From Minisyncoccia bacterium (GTDB lineage Bacteria; Patescibacteriota; Minisyncoccia; JACQLN01): a stretch of 64,000 bases of DNA. A program made the position numbers and the translations under genes. Under the pieces are notes generated by a model. It was not told the origin of the DNA and ran no database searches. It saw nothing but the letters and a program-made list of their open reading frames with translations. This document shows, piece after piece, positions 63,148-64,000 of this stretch (position 1 is its first letter; every line of letters starts with the position of its first letter). The stretch lies in assembly GCA_049274895.1 (NCBI GenBank), contig JBASTM010000008.1, positions 645-64,644 of the forward strand, written 5' to 3'.

Positions 63148-63798
63148 ATGAAGCTAAAAAGAGCGTTTTGTCTACTGGCGGCGGCGGGGTTGGCTTGGTC
63201 ATCGTTGGCCGTTCCAGCGCTGGCTCAAGAATCTTCCCCAGCGGATTCGGCTAGCTCACCGCCAGCGGATTCGGCAGGGGTCAATCTGAAGGAAGGCGTT
63301 AAATCGCGCCTGGAGCGTTTGCAGACCCAGCGCCGGGAGATAGAAAATAAGGTTAAAGAGCGCCGGGTTGAGTCGTCGGCCAAGACGGAGGCCAAAAAAG
63401 AAAAGGTCGCTGAAGCTAAAAGGAAACTGGAGGCCGCCCGAGCCGAGCGCGTTAAGACTTCGGTCAGGCGGATGTCGGCCAGATTTGAGGCGGCCCTGAA
63501 CCGTCTGGATAATTTAGCCGGCAGAATTTCGGCTCGGTTGGACAAACGGGCTCAAGACGGCCAGGATGTTTCGGCGAGCCGGACGGCTTTGGCTTCGGCC
63601 CAGGCCAAGATTGAATCGGCTAAAACCAAGTTGGCGGAAACCAAAGCCGCTTTGGAAATGGTGGCCGATTCGGAAAATCCCAAAGAAGATTTTGAAGGCG
63701 CTAAAACTAAACTGAACGAAGTAAAAACCGCCGTCAAAGAAGCTCACACCGCTTTGGTGGATGTGGTCAATTCGATTAAAGGAGCTAGTCAGAAGTAA
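63148..63798 (+). CDS. Secreted coiled-coil protein
   Basis: Signal peptide followed by a long predicted coiled-coil region. Confidence 0.4.
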   Translation: MKLKRAFCLLAAAGLAWSSLAVPALAQESSPADSASSPPADSAGVNLKEGVKSRLERLQTQRREIENKVKERRVESSAKTEAKKEKVAEAKRKLEAARAERVKTSVRRMSARFEAALNRLDNLAGRISARLDKRAQDGQDVSASRTALASAQAKIESAKTKLAETKAALEMVADSENPKEDFEGAKTKLNEVKTAVKEAHTALVDVVNSIKGASQK

Positions 63799-63940
63799 GT
63801 ATTTGTCCAAGAGCAAAGCGATTGGTGACAAATAGTTACCCAGCACCTTTTGAAGGTAAAGATTATTTATACATCTAAAAGGTGCTGGGTGTTCAATGTT
63901 GTAACTACTCGCTATGCTCATAGACAACATTGGCATATGG
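63796..63940 (+). repeat. Modular intergenic cassette, copy F
   Basis: TAAGTATTTGTCCAAGAGCAAAGCGATTGG…TTACCCAGCACCTTTTGAAGGTAAAGATTATTTATACATCTAAAAGGTGCTGGGTGTTCAATGTTGTAACTACTCGCTATGCTCATAGACAACATTGGCATATG; its 5' part resembles copy B and its hairpin resembles copy E. Confidence 0.6.
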
Positions 63941-64000
63941 ACGAGACAACAAATCAAACCTCCAACAACCAAGAAAACCAAAACGGCCGCTGGTCCTGGA
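63937..64000 (+). CDS. Start of a CDS running off the window (MDETTNQTSNNQENQNGRWSW…)
   Basis: ATG placed after cassette copy F at the same relative position as in other copies. Confidence 0.3.
   Translation, partial: MDETTNQTSNNQENQNGRWSW

Noticed and set aside
1-64000. UGA recoding (genetic code 25), rRNA genes, tmRNA, RNase P RNA, SRP RNA
   Set aside because: TGA is used as the prfB frameshift stop and as a terminal stop for several conserved genes such as rpsC. No rRNA-like conserved blocks and no tmRNA, RNase P or 4.5S signature sequences were seen by eye. An Infernal scan would be needed to be definitive.

Overview
This 64-kb window looks like part of a small, streamlined bacterial chromosome. 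It is probably a Patescibacteria/CPR-like organism, which I infer from the missing rpmD (L30), short valS and rplC, many toxin-antitoxin pairs and many membrane glycosyltransferases. The standard genetic code is in use, because the classic prfB +1 frameshift uses TGA as a stop.

The window contains 13 confident tRNAs: Cys-GCA, Leu-TAA, Glu-TTC, Arg-GCG, Ser-TGA, Ser-GCT, Gly-CCC, Thr-CGT, Gln-CTG, Pro-CGG, Ala-CGC, Val-TAC and Leu-GAG. It also contains hsp20, valS, tsaD, a QxxRW-motif GT2 synthase, recG, tgt and the tuf-rpsJ...rplO-secY ribosomal cluster without rpmD. Further genes are ftsB, prfB, ftsEX, cca, rplS, an RluA-family pseudouridine synthase, an SPFH protein, a LOG-family protein, several GT-C/GT2 glycosyltransferase pairs and at least six toxin-antitoxin modules.

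The most unusual content is noncoding:
(i) Three tRNAs are flanked by 17-18-nt direct copies of their own 5' or 3' termini, each enclosing a related, roughly 95-108-nt structured insert. These look like miniature tRNA-targeting integrative elements or att-site scars.
(ii) A tRNA-Pro/tRNA-Ala cluster sits inside long leader/trailer helices and tRNA-half-like fragments.
(iii) A six-copy modular intergenic cassette (a TAAGGGCTTTGTC start, a variable hairpin, and a conserved ...CTCAATTTAATAGCTATTCGCTTCGCTCATAGATAAAATTGGC end placed directly before the start codon) is inserted between ribosomal-protein genes and before ftsE. It looks like a leaderless promoter or processing cassette.
(iv) tRNA-Arg and tRNA-Leu are each followed by a near-identical 130-nt module, then a gene, then a GC-rich palindrome-bearing 3' element.
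(v) A 1.2-kb insertion carrying a PI3K/PI4K-like kinase gene is flanked by 38-nt direct repeats of the 3' end of an agmatinase-deoxyhypusine-synthase-like fusion gene.
(vi) Several genes begin about 8 nt after a tRNA or after a -10 box with no Shine-Dalgarno, suggesting leaderless mRNAs produced by tRNA processing.

Two tRNA-bounded islands are also present. One carries an NYN RNase, a membrane protein and an HTH/LAGLIDADG-like protein. The other carries a decayed serine recombinase next to a Nudix / phosphopentomutase-like / DegT / GT2 sugar-modification cluster adjacent to tgt.
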